DNA from: Sulfurimonas sp. endosymbiont of Alviniconcha boucheti
Lineage (GTDB): Bacteria > Campylobacterota > Campylobacteria > Campylobacterales > Sulfurimonadaceae
Assembly (NCBI GenBank): GCA_021766785.1
Contig: JAICBP010000084.1
Location: forward strand, 150,352-214,351
Length of the DNA: 64,000 bases
Direction: 5' to 3'
Shown in pieces: positions 26,017 through 36,079 of this stretch. Made by a program: the position numbers and the translations under genes. Each line of letters starts with the position of its first letter. Within the stretch, counting starts at the first letter, position 1. The notes below the pieces were generated by a model, which was given only the letters and a program-made list of their open reading frames with translations, did no database searches and was not told the DNA's origin.

Positions 26017-26846
26017 TGCATAAATTATGGAGCAATTACAGATACCTCTTTTTGAGAAGAGTAACTCAAATAGGCATATTAGTTTTATACTTTGGTGCTA
26101 ATGCCTGGGGCTGGAATATACTACAGGGAAACTTAAGCAGTTCTCTCATTTTAGGGACTATTCCTATGAGTGATCCCTATGCACTTTTACAGATGTTAGC
26201 GGCAGGAGCTATACTCTCTACTAACCTACTTGTAGGTGTTGGTATTGTAGCCCTCTTCTATTTTCTTATAGGTGGAAGAGCCTTTTGTTCATGGGTCTGT
26301 CCTATCAATATGGTTACAGACTTAGCAGCGTTTTGCCGTAACCTCATAGGTATGAACCAGCTTACTGGTGTAAAGCAACCCGCTTCACGCAAATTACGCT
26401 ACTGGATTCTTGTCTTAAGTCTTGTCATCTCTGCTATTATGGGAGTAACAGCATTTGAATTTCTCTCTCCTATTTCAATGCTTCATAGAGGTATTGTTTT
26501 TGGTTTGGGCTTTGGATGGGCTGGAGCACTTATCATTTTTCTTTTCGATCTATTTGTTCTAAAAAATGGATGGTGTGGACATATCTGCCCTTTAGGTGGG
26601 TTCTATTCACTCCTTGGTAAATTTAGTCTTATTCGAGTACATCACCTCGAAGAAAATTGCACTCTATGCATGAAGTGCAAAGTAGTTTGTCCTGAAAATC
26701 ATGTTCTCCATATGATAGGTAAAGAGTCTTTGCCTGTCCTCTCTGGAGAGTGTACAAACTGTGCAAGATGTATAGAAGTGTGTGATGATAAAGCTTTAAA
26801 ATTTTCGCTTAAAAGCTTTATACAAAATAAAAAAAAGGGAGAATAA
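26016..26846 (+). CDS. napH: membrane-bound quinol dehydrogenase subunit
   Basis: Four TM helices, CxxxCP motifs and a C-terminal 2x4Fe-4S region (CTLCMKCKVVCP, CTNCARCIEVC). Confidence 0.9.
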   Translation: MHKLWSNYRYLFLRRVTQIGILVLYFGANAWGWNILQGNLSSSLILGTIPMSDPYALLQMLAAGAILSTNLLVGVGIVALFYFLIGGRAFCSWVCPINMVTDLAAFCRNLIGMNQLTGVKQPASRKLRYWILVLSLVISAIMGVTAFEFLSPISMLHRGIVFGLGFGWAGALIIFLFDLFVLKNGWCGHICPLGGFYSLLGKFSLIRVHHLEENCTLCMKCKVVCPENHVLHMIGKESLPVLSGECTNCARCIEVCDDKALKFSLKSFIQNKKKGE

Positions 26847-26847
26847 T

Positions 26848-27510
26848 ATGAAAGTTATTAATACAATAACACTTGGTCTAACTACGGTAACACTACTATT
26901 TTTAGGCTGTAATCAAGATGCAAAACCAGCAAAACAAAAGGTAGTCAAGCCGACTATTAGTGAAACTTCATTAGGTTTAAGAAAAAATACACTCTTTGAT
27001 GAGAAAGTAAAACCTCATGGAACAAAATACTCTGCAACGTATGCAGGAAGTGGTCATAAAATAGCACGTGCATTTCAAGATGCTCCACCTATGATCCCAC
27101 ATGATGTTACAGGACTTATTCCTATTAAAATTGGAGACAATCAATGTCTAAGCTGTCATATGCCAGAAGTTGCTAAGGACATGGGTGCGACTCCTATTCC
27201 ATCCTCACACTTTATGGACTTTAGACCAGTAACAACAATAGCTGCTGATGGTGAGCTTGAAAAAGATGGGCATAAGATTAAAAATTCTTCAAGTGAAAAG
27301 CTTAAAAATGTCTCTATTAAATCAAATCATGGGAAGCTATACGGTGGAAGATACAACTGTACACAGTGCCATGCTCCTCAAGATACAGGTGTTCTAGCAG
27401 TACCAAATACTTTTAAAGCTGTTTATACTGATCCTGATGGAAAAGATAAATCAAGATGGACTGGAGATAGACTTATGCAAGGTATAAATACTTATGATAC
27501 CAGCAAATAA
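26848..27510 (+). CDS. napB: diheme cytochrome c subunit of Nap, with a lipoprotein-type signal
   Basis: CLSCHM and CTQCHA heme sites. N-terminus ends in the lipobox LLFLGC. Confidence 0.85.
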   Translation: MKVINTITLGLTTVTLLFLGCNQDAKPAKQKVVKPTISETSLGLRKNTLFDEKVKPHGTKYSATYAGSGHKIARAFQDAPPMIPHDVTGLIPIKIGDNQCLSCHMPEVAKDMGATPIPSSHFMDFRPVTTIAADGELEKDGHKIKNSSSEKLKNVSIKSNHGKLYGGRYNCTQCHAPQDTGVLAVPNTFKAVYTDPDGKDKSRWTGDRLMQGINTYDTSK

Positions 27511-28015
27511 AGAGAGAAGAGAGCTTTTTAGCTCCCTCTCTTCATCACTTAAAAATATTGTAAAAGAGTCAAAAACAAAAGAGAAAAAGGTGATAATAAG
27601 ACCTCCATACTTTGGAGATGAAAATGCTTTTGACATTGAGTGTCAAAACTGTCAAGGTGTGTGTGCCACTTCATGTCAAGAGCAAATTATTGTTATAGGT
27701 GCAGATAAAACGCCTTCTTTGGATTTTTCAAAGTCTGGCTGTACATACTGCGATGCATGTGCTATAGCCTGTAAAGCAGATGTTCTCACTCTTGAGAGCA
27801 AAGCTATGATAAAAGTAGATGTTCTTATCTCAAAAAAAAGCTGTATGAGCTGGGAGGGTGTTATGTGTTTTTCTTGTAAAGATCCTTGTTTAGAGGATGC
27901 TATTGATTTCACAGGAATGTTCAAACCAATTATAAACGCAGATAAATGTACAGCATGTGGTTTTTGTATAAACCGTTGCCCCTCATATGCTATAGAGACT
28001 AAGGAGTGCGCATGA
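27494..28015 (+). CDS. napF: ferredoxin-type Nap maturation protein
   Basis: Multiple 4Fe-4S Cys motifs. Sits at the napF position of the epsilonproteobacterial napAGHBFLD order. Confidence 0.8.
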   Translation: MIPANKERRELFSSLSSSLKNIVKESKTKEKKVIIRPPYFGDENAFDIECQNCQGVCATSCQEQIIVIGADKTPSLDFSKSGCTYCDACAIACKADVLTLESKAMIKVDVLISKKSCMSWEGVMCFSCKDPCLEDAIDFTGMFKPIINADKCTACGFCINRCPSYAIETKECA

Positions 28016-28974
28016 GAGCTTTATTTGCAATGCTACTTTTACTCTCTTCACTCTATGCATATAATTTAGAGATGCCATCAGCTACATATAAAGCTGATGG
28101 GGGAGTAACAGATATGCTCCTTACTTCAGATAAACTTTATGCTGCTACTTCTGTTGGTGTAATAGACATTTTTTCACTAAAAAGTAAAAAAATTATAAAA
28201 AAAATCACACTTAAAAAAATAAAAAACTTTTTAGGTGAGAGTTCTACGGTAAAGATATTTTCCATAGACTATATAGATGGAAAACTGCTTATCTTAGCAC
28301 AAGCAAATAGAGGCTATAGAGAGGTTTACCTCTACGAAAAAGATACACTTACTAAAATCATTTCTGCTAAAGAGAGACTCTCTATCGCTAAAGCCAAGTT
28401 CATAGATAAAAATAGACTTATTTTAGCACTTTTAGGCAATGATATTATCTCCTATGATATAGCTAAACATAAGGAAAATTGGAGAATACAGGCCTCTCTC
28501 TCTGCCTTTTCTAACTTTGCACTTAATGAAAAGAGATCAAAAGTAATTGTAGCCGATGAGTCAGGTGAACTTCATCTTTTTGCTACTAAAGATGCTTCTC
28601 TTCTTAAGTCACTCAAAGGAGAGAACTTAGATAATGTTTTTGATGTGGCGTTTAAAAATGGCATCATCGCAACTGCTGGGAAAGATAGACGCTGTGTCAT
28701 TTATGATCTTAAATCACATAGCAGTTACCATAAAAAGTCTCACTTTTTTATCTTCAGTGTTGGAGTCTCACCAAATGCAAAATTTGCTGCTTATACAAGT
28801 GATGAACAGAACAATATCACTCTTTTTGCGATAAAAACAAAAAAAATTATCGCCACATTTGGAGGAAATAGTATGACAGTTTCTCAAATCCTTTTTGCAA
28901 ATGAAAATGAGTTTTATGTTGCTTCAAATGCAAAAACTATTAACTTTTACAAAATAAAGAGAGAGAAACCATGA
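28012..28974 (+). CDS. napL: NapL (periplasmic beta-propeller-like Nap accessory protein)
   Basis: ATG 28012 lies 5 nt after AAGGAG and forms an ATGA overlap with napF. Signal peptide. Position between napF and napD. Confidence 0.75.
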   Translation: MRALFAMLLLLSSLYAYNLEMPSATYKADGGVTDMLLTSDKLYAATSVGVIDIFSLKSKKIIKKITLKKIKNFLGESSTVKIFSIDYIDGKLLILAQANRGYREVYLYEKDTLTKIISAKERLSIAKAKFIDKNRLILALLGNDIISYDIAKHKENWRIQASLSAFSNFALNEKRSKVIVADESGELHLFATKDASLLKSLKGENLDNVFDVAFKNGIIATAGKDRRCVIYDLKSHSSYHKKSHFFIFSVGVSPNAKFAAYTSDEQNNITLFAIKTKKIIATFGGNSMTVSQILFANENEFYVASNAKTINFYKIKREKP

Positions 28975-29069
28975 TATATGTGTATAAACGACTCAACTAT
29001 CTTATTTGTTTCACTAATAAATTGAAATATCAAATCTTATATGATAAGATATATTAGAAGGATTGTAAA

Positions 29070-29471
29070 ATGAATATATCAAGTATAGTAGTCCAAACTG
29101 TTCCTGAACATTTAGAGAGTGTTGTTTCAGATTTAAAAGCTTGTGAAGTGTGTGATTATCATATGCATGATGAGAAAGGTCGTATAATCATTACTATAGA
29201 GGGCAAAAGTGTTTCAGAAGAGCTTGAAAAACTTCGTGTTATTGAAGCTATTCCTTTTGTTTATGCAGCTGATATGCAGATGGCATATAGTGAAGATGAG
29301 CTAGATGAGCAGATAGACTTCATAGATAACCGTGATGCTGTACCAAAAATTTTACATGAGAAAGATGTTGATGTTGATCGAGTTATCTATAATGGTGATA
29401 TGAAAAAACGTGATGATATGGTGGCGTTTGCAAATAGCTTTGACTCAGCAAAACTAAGGGAAGATTCATAA
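29070..29471 (+). CDS. napD: NapA chaperone NapD with an acidic C-terminal extension
   Basis: N-terminal ~85 aa match the NapD pattern (ISSIVVQTVPEHL...GRIIITIEG...). About 45 extra acidic residues follow. Confidence 0.8.
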   Translation: MNISSIVVQTVPEHLESVVSDLKACEVCDYHMHDEKGRIIITIEGKSVSEELEKLRVIEAIPFVYAADMQMAYSEDELDEQIDFIDNRDAVPKILHEKDVDVDRVIYNGDMKKRDDMVAFANSFDSAKLREDS

Positions 29472-29770
29472 TGGCCGTAGTTTTTGAAGTGAAAATTTGT
29501 GCAAATGATGATCTAGAGAGTTGGTTTCTTGAACTCAAAGATACTGTGGATGGTAAGATAATGCTCTGTAACTCTCTTGAAGAACTAGATACAAATATAG
29601 AAGCTTTAGGTGATGAATATGGTGGACATATAGATGAAGTCAATTGGATTAAAGAGGATAATGTTTCTGAAATTATGATGGATGATGTCCGTCTAAAAAT
29701 GGCAGAGCATAGAGAGAAACTAGAGGCAGAACGTGGTGTCCCAATTACACCAATGGCAGAGAAAGAGTAA
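29471..29770 (+). CDS. hypothetical acidic protein coupled to napD
   Basis: TAATG overlap with napD. 99 aa, D/E-rich, no motifs recognised. Confidence 0.5.
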   Translation: MAVVFEVKICANDDLESWFLELKDTVDGKIMLCNSLEELDTNIEALGDEYGGHIDEVNWIKEDNVSEIMMDDVRLKMAEHREKLEAERGVPITPMAEKE

Positions 29771-29864
29771 ATCTCTATCTCTATGATAAACTATTTTGAT
29801 AAAGCTTAGAGATACTAAGTTTTACCGAGATAGTTTATCTCAACACTAATACAAAGGAAGAAAG

Positions 29865-31097
29865 ATGAAAAAGGTTACAATGTCGGCTGTTGCATTAACA
29901 GCTATATTCGGTTCAATGAGTTCTTTAAGTGCAGCAGATGCACAGAGTGGTGTTGGCATTTTCAACGATGCGAAGTTTTCTGGGGAAATTCGTCCTCGTT
30001 ACGAATATGCAGATGTAGATAATGATGTTGATGCAGGAAATGCTTTTACTGCTCGTACACATTTAAAAGCTAAGGCTAATCTTCTTGGTGTAGATGGTCT
30101 ATCCACAACTATCGGTATTCAAAGTGTAAATAACTTTGGTTCAAATAGTTATAACAGTACAGATAATAAAGCAGTACAATATGATAAAATTGTAGATCCA
30201 CAATTTGCTATGCTTTCAGAAGCTTCTCTTGACTACTCAGTTGGAAAGACAACAATGCATGCTGGTCGTTCAAAAGTAAATCTTGATAACCAGCGTTTTA
30301 TCGGTACAGTTGGTTGGAGACAAAACGAGCGTTCTTATGATACAGTCTATGTTGCTAACAGTGATGTTGAAGATTTAACTCTCTTAGCTGCTTATGTGTA
30401 TGGTTACCAAGGAGTTAAAGCAAACAATACAGCTGATACTAGTTCTATTCTTTTAAATGCAAAGTATAAAATAATGGATGAATTAACTGTAACTGCTTAT
30501 GATTATATGTTAGCTTCTATACATGATACAATGGGTGTCGCACTTACTGGTAACATTGATGCTGGTATAAAACTATCTTATCGTGCAGAGTATGCTATGC
30601 AACAAGATGCGACTATGAAGTATCAAGATGTAAACACTACGGCAGATGCAACTTACATGAACTTTGACCTAGGTGCTAATATCTCAGGTATTTTAATTGG
30701 TGGAAACTACGAAGTACTAAGTGGTTCTGACTCAAACGGAAAAACAAAGTTTACAACTCCACTAGGTACAAATCATAAATTTAATGGTTGGGCAGATATG
30801 TTTTTAAGTACTCCAAATGGTGGACTTGCTGATTTGAATGCTAGATTAGGGTATAAAACAAAAGGTTTTGGTAAACTACTAGGTGTTTATCATATGTTTA
30901 GTGCCGATACAGCTATGGCTACATCTTCAGGAACAGGCAATGACTTAGGTTCTGAGATAGATGTTGTTTATGTAAATGCTATTCCAGGGGTTAAAAACCT
31001 TAAAGGTCTTGTAAAATTTGCTTCTTACTCAAAAGGTGAAGTAGAAGGTTATGCAAATAAACAAGTTGCTTGGCTACAACTAGACTACAAATTCTAA
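29865..31097 (+). CDS. major outer membrane porin (Campylobacter MOMP/PorA family)
   Basis: Signal peptide. SGEIRPRYEY near the N-terminus and the C-terminal LQLDYKF resemble C. jejuni PorA (SGVLRYRYDT ... LQALYKF), from my recollection. Confidence 0.75.
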   Translation: MKKVTMSAVALTAIFGSMSSLSAADAQSGVGIFNDAKFSGEIRPRYEYADVDNDVDAGNAFTARTHLKAKANLLGVDGLSTTIGIQSVNNFGSNSYNSTDNKAVQYDKIVDPQFAMLSEASLDYSVGKTTMHAGRSKVNLDNQRFIGTVGWRQNERSYDTVYVANSDVEDLTLLAAYVYGYQGVKANNTADTSSILLNAKYKIMDELTVTAYDYMLASIHDTMGVALTGNIDAGIKLSYRAEYAMQQDATMKYQDVNTTADATYMNFDLGANISGILIGGNYEVLSGSDSNGKTKFTTPLGTNHKFNGWADMFLSTPNGGLADLNARLGYKTKGFGKLLGVYHMFSADTAMATSSGTGNDLGSEIDVVYVNAIPGVKNLKGLVKFASYSKGEVEGYANKQVAWLQLDYKF

Positions 31098-31110
31098 ACA
31101 CCCTTCTCAA

Positions 31111-31132
31111 GTTAGAGAATTTTCTCTCTAAC
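31111..31132 (+). terminator. hairpin after the porin gene
   Basis: gttagaga / tctctaac 8-bp stem with a 6-nt loop. No clear T-run. Confidence 0.35.
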
Positions 31133-31214
31133 TATGAGCAAAATTTATCCACCTTTTTACCAAAAAACCCTCCTTTTAAGATAAAATATACCATTACTTT
31201 TTAAAGGCACTCCT

Positions 31215-32852
31215 ATGGTATCAAGCAAAATCAAATCTTCTGGATTTTCCCTCGCTAAACATAAAGAACTCACTGGCGATGACTTTTATGATGTAAAAAC
31301 CATAGGAAACCTCACAGTTGCCATAGTGTGTGATGGTGTAGGAAGTGCTACAGAGGGTGCTCAGGCAGCAAAAAGAACTGTCCAGTACCTAATGAACAAT
31401 CTTAAGAAATGTCCAAAGACATGGAGTCTTGAGAAGTCTATTCTCTCCTTTATCAAGTCTATAAATGACATTCTTTATGAAGAGTCACAAATAAATTATG
31501 AATGTAGTGAGCTTGTCACTACCCTTACGATAGTAGTCATAGAAGGTAATCATCTTTACGGTGCAAATGTAGGAGATAGTCGTGTTTATCTCTATAGAGA
31601 GGGTAAACTCAACCAACTCTCAACTGATCATACCATGCATGAAAAGGGTTATGAAAATGTACTCACACAAGCTATAGGAATAGAAAAAAATGTTGAACCT
31701 TACTACTTTGAAAACCGAATACAAAAAGATGATAAAATCCTACTATGCAGTGATGGTCTCTATACTATTTTAGATGAAGAGGCACTTAAAAGCAATCTAA
31801 AACTCGGTGCATATGCTCTTGTAAAAAAAGCTTCCAAGATAGAAAAGGAGAATCTCCCTGATGATACAACCGCAGTCGTTTTAGATATACACAAGGCTGA
31901 TGAGTTAATTATCCTTAAGATGCAAAATCTTCTCATTCCTCATAATTTGCAAGAGGGAGAAGTTATCGATGGCTACACCCTTACAAAATCACTTATTCAA
32001 AACGACAGAACTTGGCTTGTCCATAAAAAGACAAAAGATTATGTACTCAAGTTTGCTCCTGTTGAAGCCATAGATGATGATACTGCTCTTGATCTTTTTG
32101 TTAAAGAAGCTTGGAATGCCAAACGCCTCAAAGCAGAGTTTTTTCCTAAAGCAGTCATCCCAAAAAACAGAACTGTCCGTTACTATGTCATGCAACTCTT
32201 TGATGGAGAAAATTTAGATAGTTTTTTATCTCACAAACATATTACCATAGATGATGGCGTTTCACTTGTATCTACCCTACTACAGATGTCACAGTATCTT
32301 CTTAAGTTTGATCTTGTTCATGGAGATATAAAACCACCAAATATTATGATTGCAAAAGATGAAAATAAGAACCTTGAGTTTAAGATCATAGACTTTGGAA
32401 GTGTTACGGAGATCTTCTCTTCTAATTCACAAGCAGGCACACCTAGTTTCCTCTCTCCCGAACGTTTTTTAAATGAGTCTATAAGTGAATCAAGTGAAAT
32501 CTTTTCTATAGGTGTCACACTCTATCTCTCACTTACAGGAAAGTACCCTTATGGAGAGATAGAACCCTTTCAAACACCCTCTTTCAAAGAAGCAAAAGCA
32601 CCAAGCTTTTATAACAAAAATATCCCAGCTTGGCTAGATAGTATCATACTGCGCTCTATAGCTATAGACAAAGAGGAACGTTATGCTCACTACTCAGAGA
32701 TGGCTTATGAGCTAAATAACCCAACAAAGATAAAGCCCTACTTTATGAAAAATGCACCACTTATAGAGCGATCACCCTTACTATTTTATAAAAGTGCTTT
32801 TATCATCAGTATCGTTGTAAATTTTATCTTGATTTATATCGCATTTAAGTAA
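31215..32852 (+). CDS. bifunctional PP2C phosphatase / Hanks-type Ser/Thr kinase with a C-terminal TM anchor
   Basis: PP2C motifs VCDGVGS, GANVGDSRVYLY, LCSDGLY, DDTTAVVL. Kinase motifs VLKF (Lys), HGDIKPPNIMI, IIDFGS, GTPSFLSPE. Terminal TM FIISIVVNFILIYIAF. Confidence 0.85.
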   Translation: MVSSKIKSSGFSLAKHKELTGDDFYDVKTIGNLTVAIVCDGVGSATEGAQAAKRTVQYLMNNLKKCPKTWSLEKSILSFIKSINDILYEESQINYECSELVTTLTIVVIEGNHLYGANVGDSRVYLYREGKLNQLSTDHTMHEKGYENVLTQAIGIEKNVEPYYFENRIQKDDKILLCSDGLYTILDEEALKSNLKLGAYALVKKASKIEKENLPDDTTAVVLDIHKADELIILKMQNLLIPHNLQEGEVIDGYTLTKSLIQNDRTWLVHKKTKDYVLKFAPVEAIDDDTALDLFVKEAWNAKRLKAEFFPKAVIPKNRTVRYYVMQLFDGENLDSFLSHKHITIDDGVSLVSTLLQMSQYLLKFDLVHGDIKPPNIMIAKDENKNLEFKIIDFGSVTEIFSSNSQAGTPSFLSPERFLNESISESSEIFSIGVTLYLSLTGKYPYGEIEPFQTPSFKEAKAPSFYNKNIPAWLDSIILRSIAIDKEERYAHYSEMAYELNNPTKIKPYFMKNAPLIERSPLLFYKSAFIISIVVNFILIYIAFK

Positions 32853-33128
32853 GGAGAGTTATCCAAATCTAAGACTCAATGAAGAGAGTATAATGGAGAG
32901 GTTTGCACACAAAAATTTTTAGATTTAAATTTTGAAAAAATGCGATAAAGAAGATTTGCATTAACTTTTTAAGCAGAATAAGTTCGATATAATACTCAGT
33001 TGATATAAAAATATTTCAATATGTCATATTTTCAAAGTAATTGTGGTTTTATTACTATACTTTCAAGATTATTCGGTATTTAACAAACATTAAACTATAT
33101 GAATAATAAAAAAAGGAAAAAAACAACT

Positions 33129-35078
33129 ATGTCAAAATTTTTACCATTTAGATGCGATTTAGAAAAATTTATCACTGAGCTTGAGGCTATACTCTTAGCA
33201 AACACACAAAAAGTAGAAGAGCTACTCAAACTTGAGAATAAAACCTATACTTCGTTTGTAAAACCTATGCAGATGATGGAAGAGAAACTAGAGCTCTTCT
33301 TTACTCCTCTCTCACACTTAAACGCCGTAAACAACTCCCAAAAGACGCAAGAGGTCTATACTCAAAGTCTGCCTATCATCACTGAGTACTCTACAAAACT
33401 CTCTCAAAACATAGAGATTTATAAGGCTTACAAGGCTATAGAAGATGCAGAAAAAGAGACTCTTAACTATGAACAGCTTCGTGTTTTAGAGCTTAATATC
33501 AAACATTTTGAACAGAGTGGTGCACACTTAGATGATGAGATAAAAAAGCGACTCGAAGAGATAAACATACGCAAAAGTGAGCTCTCAAATGACTTCTCAC
33601 AAAATCTTCTTAACGCGACAAATGCTTATGAGTATATCATCACCGATGAAGCTGATATAGAGGGTTTACCCAATAGTGAGATAGAGACAGCAAGATTTGA
33701 AGAGGATGGGATTACAAAGTACAAATTTACTCTGCAGATGCCCTCTTATATCGCTTATATGACTTATGGAAAGAATTCAAAGATTCGCCAAGAACTCTAT
33801 AAAGCTTATGTCTCTCGTGCTCCAGAAAATGCAAAGATCATAGAAGAGATAGTTGCCCTTAGAGATGAGATGAGTAAGCTTCTCGGATTTAGAGACTATG
33901 TGGAGTACTCACTAGAGAGTAAGATGGCAAAGGATAGCACAACTGTCTTAGGCTTTTTAACCAACCTTCTACAAAACTCAAAAGCACAAGCAAAAAAAGA
34001 ACTCCAAGAGCTTCAGGCTATCGCCCCTGTAACACTTCAAAGTTTTGACACTGCATTTTATAGTGAGATCCTTAAAAAAGCACAATATGATATAGATGAA
34101 GAGGAGTACCGCCCTTACTTTGAGCAGAGATCTGTTCTCAATGGAATGTTTGACTTTTTAGATAAGCTCTTTGGTATGAAATTTGAAAAAGTAGAAGAGA
34201 AACTTTGGCATAAAAAAGCCTTTTCTTATGATGTCTATGTAGCTGATACACTTCGTGCAAGAATCTACTTCGACCTAGAAGCCAGAGAGTCTAAACGCGG
34301 TGGTGCTTGGATGCATAACTATCAGACACACTCTCTTAATGAGGCAGGAGGAGAGCAACTTGCTTCTGCATTTGTTGTCTGTAACTTCCCAGCATCAAGT
34401 AAAACGCAACCATCTTTGCTTCGCCATGATGATGTAGTGACCCTCTTTCATGAGATGGGTCATACTATCCACCATATCCTCTCTAAGGTCAATGAGAATG
34501 AAGTAAGTGGGGTAAATGGTGTTGAGTGGGATGCAGTTGAGTTTCCATCACAATTTTTAGAAAATTTTTCTTATGAACCACAAGTACTTAAGATGTTTGC
34601 AAAGCACTATGAGACTGGTGAAATACTTCAAGATACAATGATAGAAAAACTTGTAAAAAGTAAAAATTTTCTCTCAGCAATGGGAATGCTAAGACAACTA
34701 GAGTTCTCCATCTTTGATATGCAAGTGCATAGTGGAGTACACTCTACTCAAGAAGTACAAAATATTTTAAACGCCATAAGAGAAGAGACTTCTCTTGTTC
34801 AAACGCCAGAATACAATAAATTTCAAAATGGTTTCGCACATATATTTGCTGGTGGGTATGCTGCTGGGTACTATAGCTACAAGTGGGCAGAAGTTTTAAG
34901 CGCTGATGTTTTTTATACTATTGTAGATGAAGGAATTTTAGAGTCAAAAACTGCCAAAAAATATCTCGAAATTATTCTCAACGGTGGTGGAGCAAAAAGT
35001 ATGGCAGTTCTATTTAAAGAACTTATGGGTAGAGAACCAAAAACAGACCAACTCCTTCGTTTACATGGTATCAAATAG
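33129..35078 (+). CDS. M3-family oligopeptidase (oligopeptidase A / Dcp-like)
   Basis: HEMGHTIHH zinc motif, about 650 aa. ATG 33129 has a better SD than the tracked 33099. Confidence 0.88.
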   Translation: MSKFLPFRCDLEKFITELEAILLANTQKVEELLKLENKTYTSFVKPMQMMEEKLELFFTPLSHLNAVNNSQKTQEVYTQSLPIITEYSTKLSQNIEIYKAYKAIEDAEKETLNYEQLRVLELNIKHFEQSGAHLDDEIKKRLEEINIRKSELSNDFSQNLLNATNAYEYIITDEADIEGLPNSEIETARFEEDGITKYKFTLQMPSYIAYMTYGKNSKIRQELYKAYVSRAPENAKIIEEIVALRDEMSKLLGFRDYVEYSLESKMAKDSTTVLGFLTNLLQNSKAQAKKELQELQAIAPVTLQSFDTAFYSEILKKAQYDIDEEEYRPYFEQRSVLNGMFDFLDKLFGMKFEKVEEKLWHKKAFSYDVYVADTLRARIYFDLEARESKRGGAWMHNYQTHSLNEAGGEQLASAFVVCNFPASSKTQPSLLRHDDVVTLFHEMGHTIHHILSKVNENEVSGVNGVEWDAVEFPSQFLENFSYEPQVLKMFAKHYETGEILQDTMIEKLVKSKNFLSAMGMLRQLEFSIFDMQVHSGVHSTQEVQNILNAIREETSLVQTPEYNKFQNGFAHIFAGGYAAGYYSYKWAEVLSADVFYTIVDEGILESKTAKKYLEIILNGGGAKSMAVLFKELMGREPKTDQLLRLHGIK

Positions 35079-36079
35079 TGAGATTTTTTCTCTTACTTAT
35101 ACTGTTTTTACCTATACTATCTGGAGAAACTACTTTGAGAATAGCTACTTATAATGTTGAAAATCTTTTTGATTTATATAATAATGGACGCGAATACAAA
35201 GAGTTCATTCCAAATACTCACTCAAAATGGAACCTTAAAAATTATAGAATAAAACTCAAAAATATCTCTAAAGTCATCAAAGATATAAATGCAGATATTA
35301 TAGGACTAGAGGAGATAGAGTCTCTCCAAGCACTAAAAGACCTTCGTATGCAACTCAAACGTGATGGTATTTATTATCAGTACTTCAAGATAGCAAGCTA
35401 TAAAAATACCACTATAAAAGTAGCACTACTAAGCAAAATTCCTTTTCTCTATACACATGAGATAGCAGTACAATCTTCCTATAAATATCGAAATATTTTA
35501 GAAGCAAAATTTCGTCTGCATGGAGAAGAGTTTTTTGTTTTAGTGAACCATTGGAAAGCTAAGTCTGGATCAGAGAGTATGCGTATAGTCTCAGCAAAAA
35601 AAGTAATGAAGCGTACAGAAGAACTAGGCGAGAAAAAAAATATTATCCTGCTTGGAGACTTTAACTCTCACTATGAAGAGAACATCCTCTTCAAACGTAA
35701 ACGTAAGCTTAATGATACAGATGGTATTACAGGAATAAATCAAATATTAGGAACACTAGAGCATAAAGAGAGTGCTAGTAGAGTGAATGTTCCCTATGGT
35801 GAATTTTACAATCTTTGGTACGATACTGAAGAGAATAAGCGCTACTCCTATATTTTTAGAGGGAAAAAAGAGGCTGTGGATAGTATAATAATCTCCCCTT
35901 CTCTACTGAGTAAAAAAGGGATGCATTACAGAGTTCACTCTATCTCAGTTTTTAACAAACCCTATCTTTTTAAAGGTAAACATATCTATAGATGGCAGAT
36001 GAGGAAAAAGCCTCCTATCCATAAAGGTAAAGGATATTCTGATCACTTAGCTGTTATAGCAGAATTTATTATTCCCTAA
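35078..36079 (+). CDS. secreted endonuclease/exonuclease/phosphatase (EEP) family protein
   Basis: GTG start, signal peptide. LRIATYNVENLFD, NHWKAKSG, LGDFNS and SDHLAV motifs. Confidence 0.8.
   Translation: MRFFLLLILFLPILSGETTLRIATYNVENLFDLYNNGREYKEFIPNTHSKWNLKNYRIKLKNISKVIKDINADIIGLEEIESLQALKDLRMQLKRDGIYYQYFKIASYKNTTIKVALLSKIPFLYTHEIAVQSSYKYRNILEAKFRLHGEEFFVLVNHWKAKSGSESMRIVSAKKVMKRTEELGEKKNIILLGDFNSHYEENILFKRKRKLNDTDGITGINQILGTLEHKESASRVNVPYGEFYNLWYDTEENKRYSYIFRGKKEAVDSIIISPSLLSKKGMHYRVHSISVFNKPYLFKGKHIYRWQMRKKPPIHKGKGYSDHLAVIAEFIIP

Noticed and set aside
29786-29839. Inverted repeat gataaactat ... atagtttatc after the nap operon as a terminator
   Set aside because: The arms are separated by about 34 largely unpaired nucleotides and no T-run follows. 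Too weak to call.
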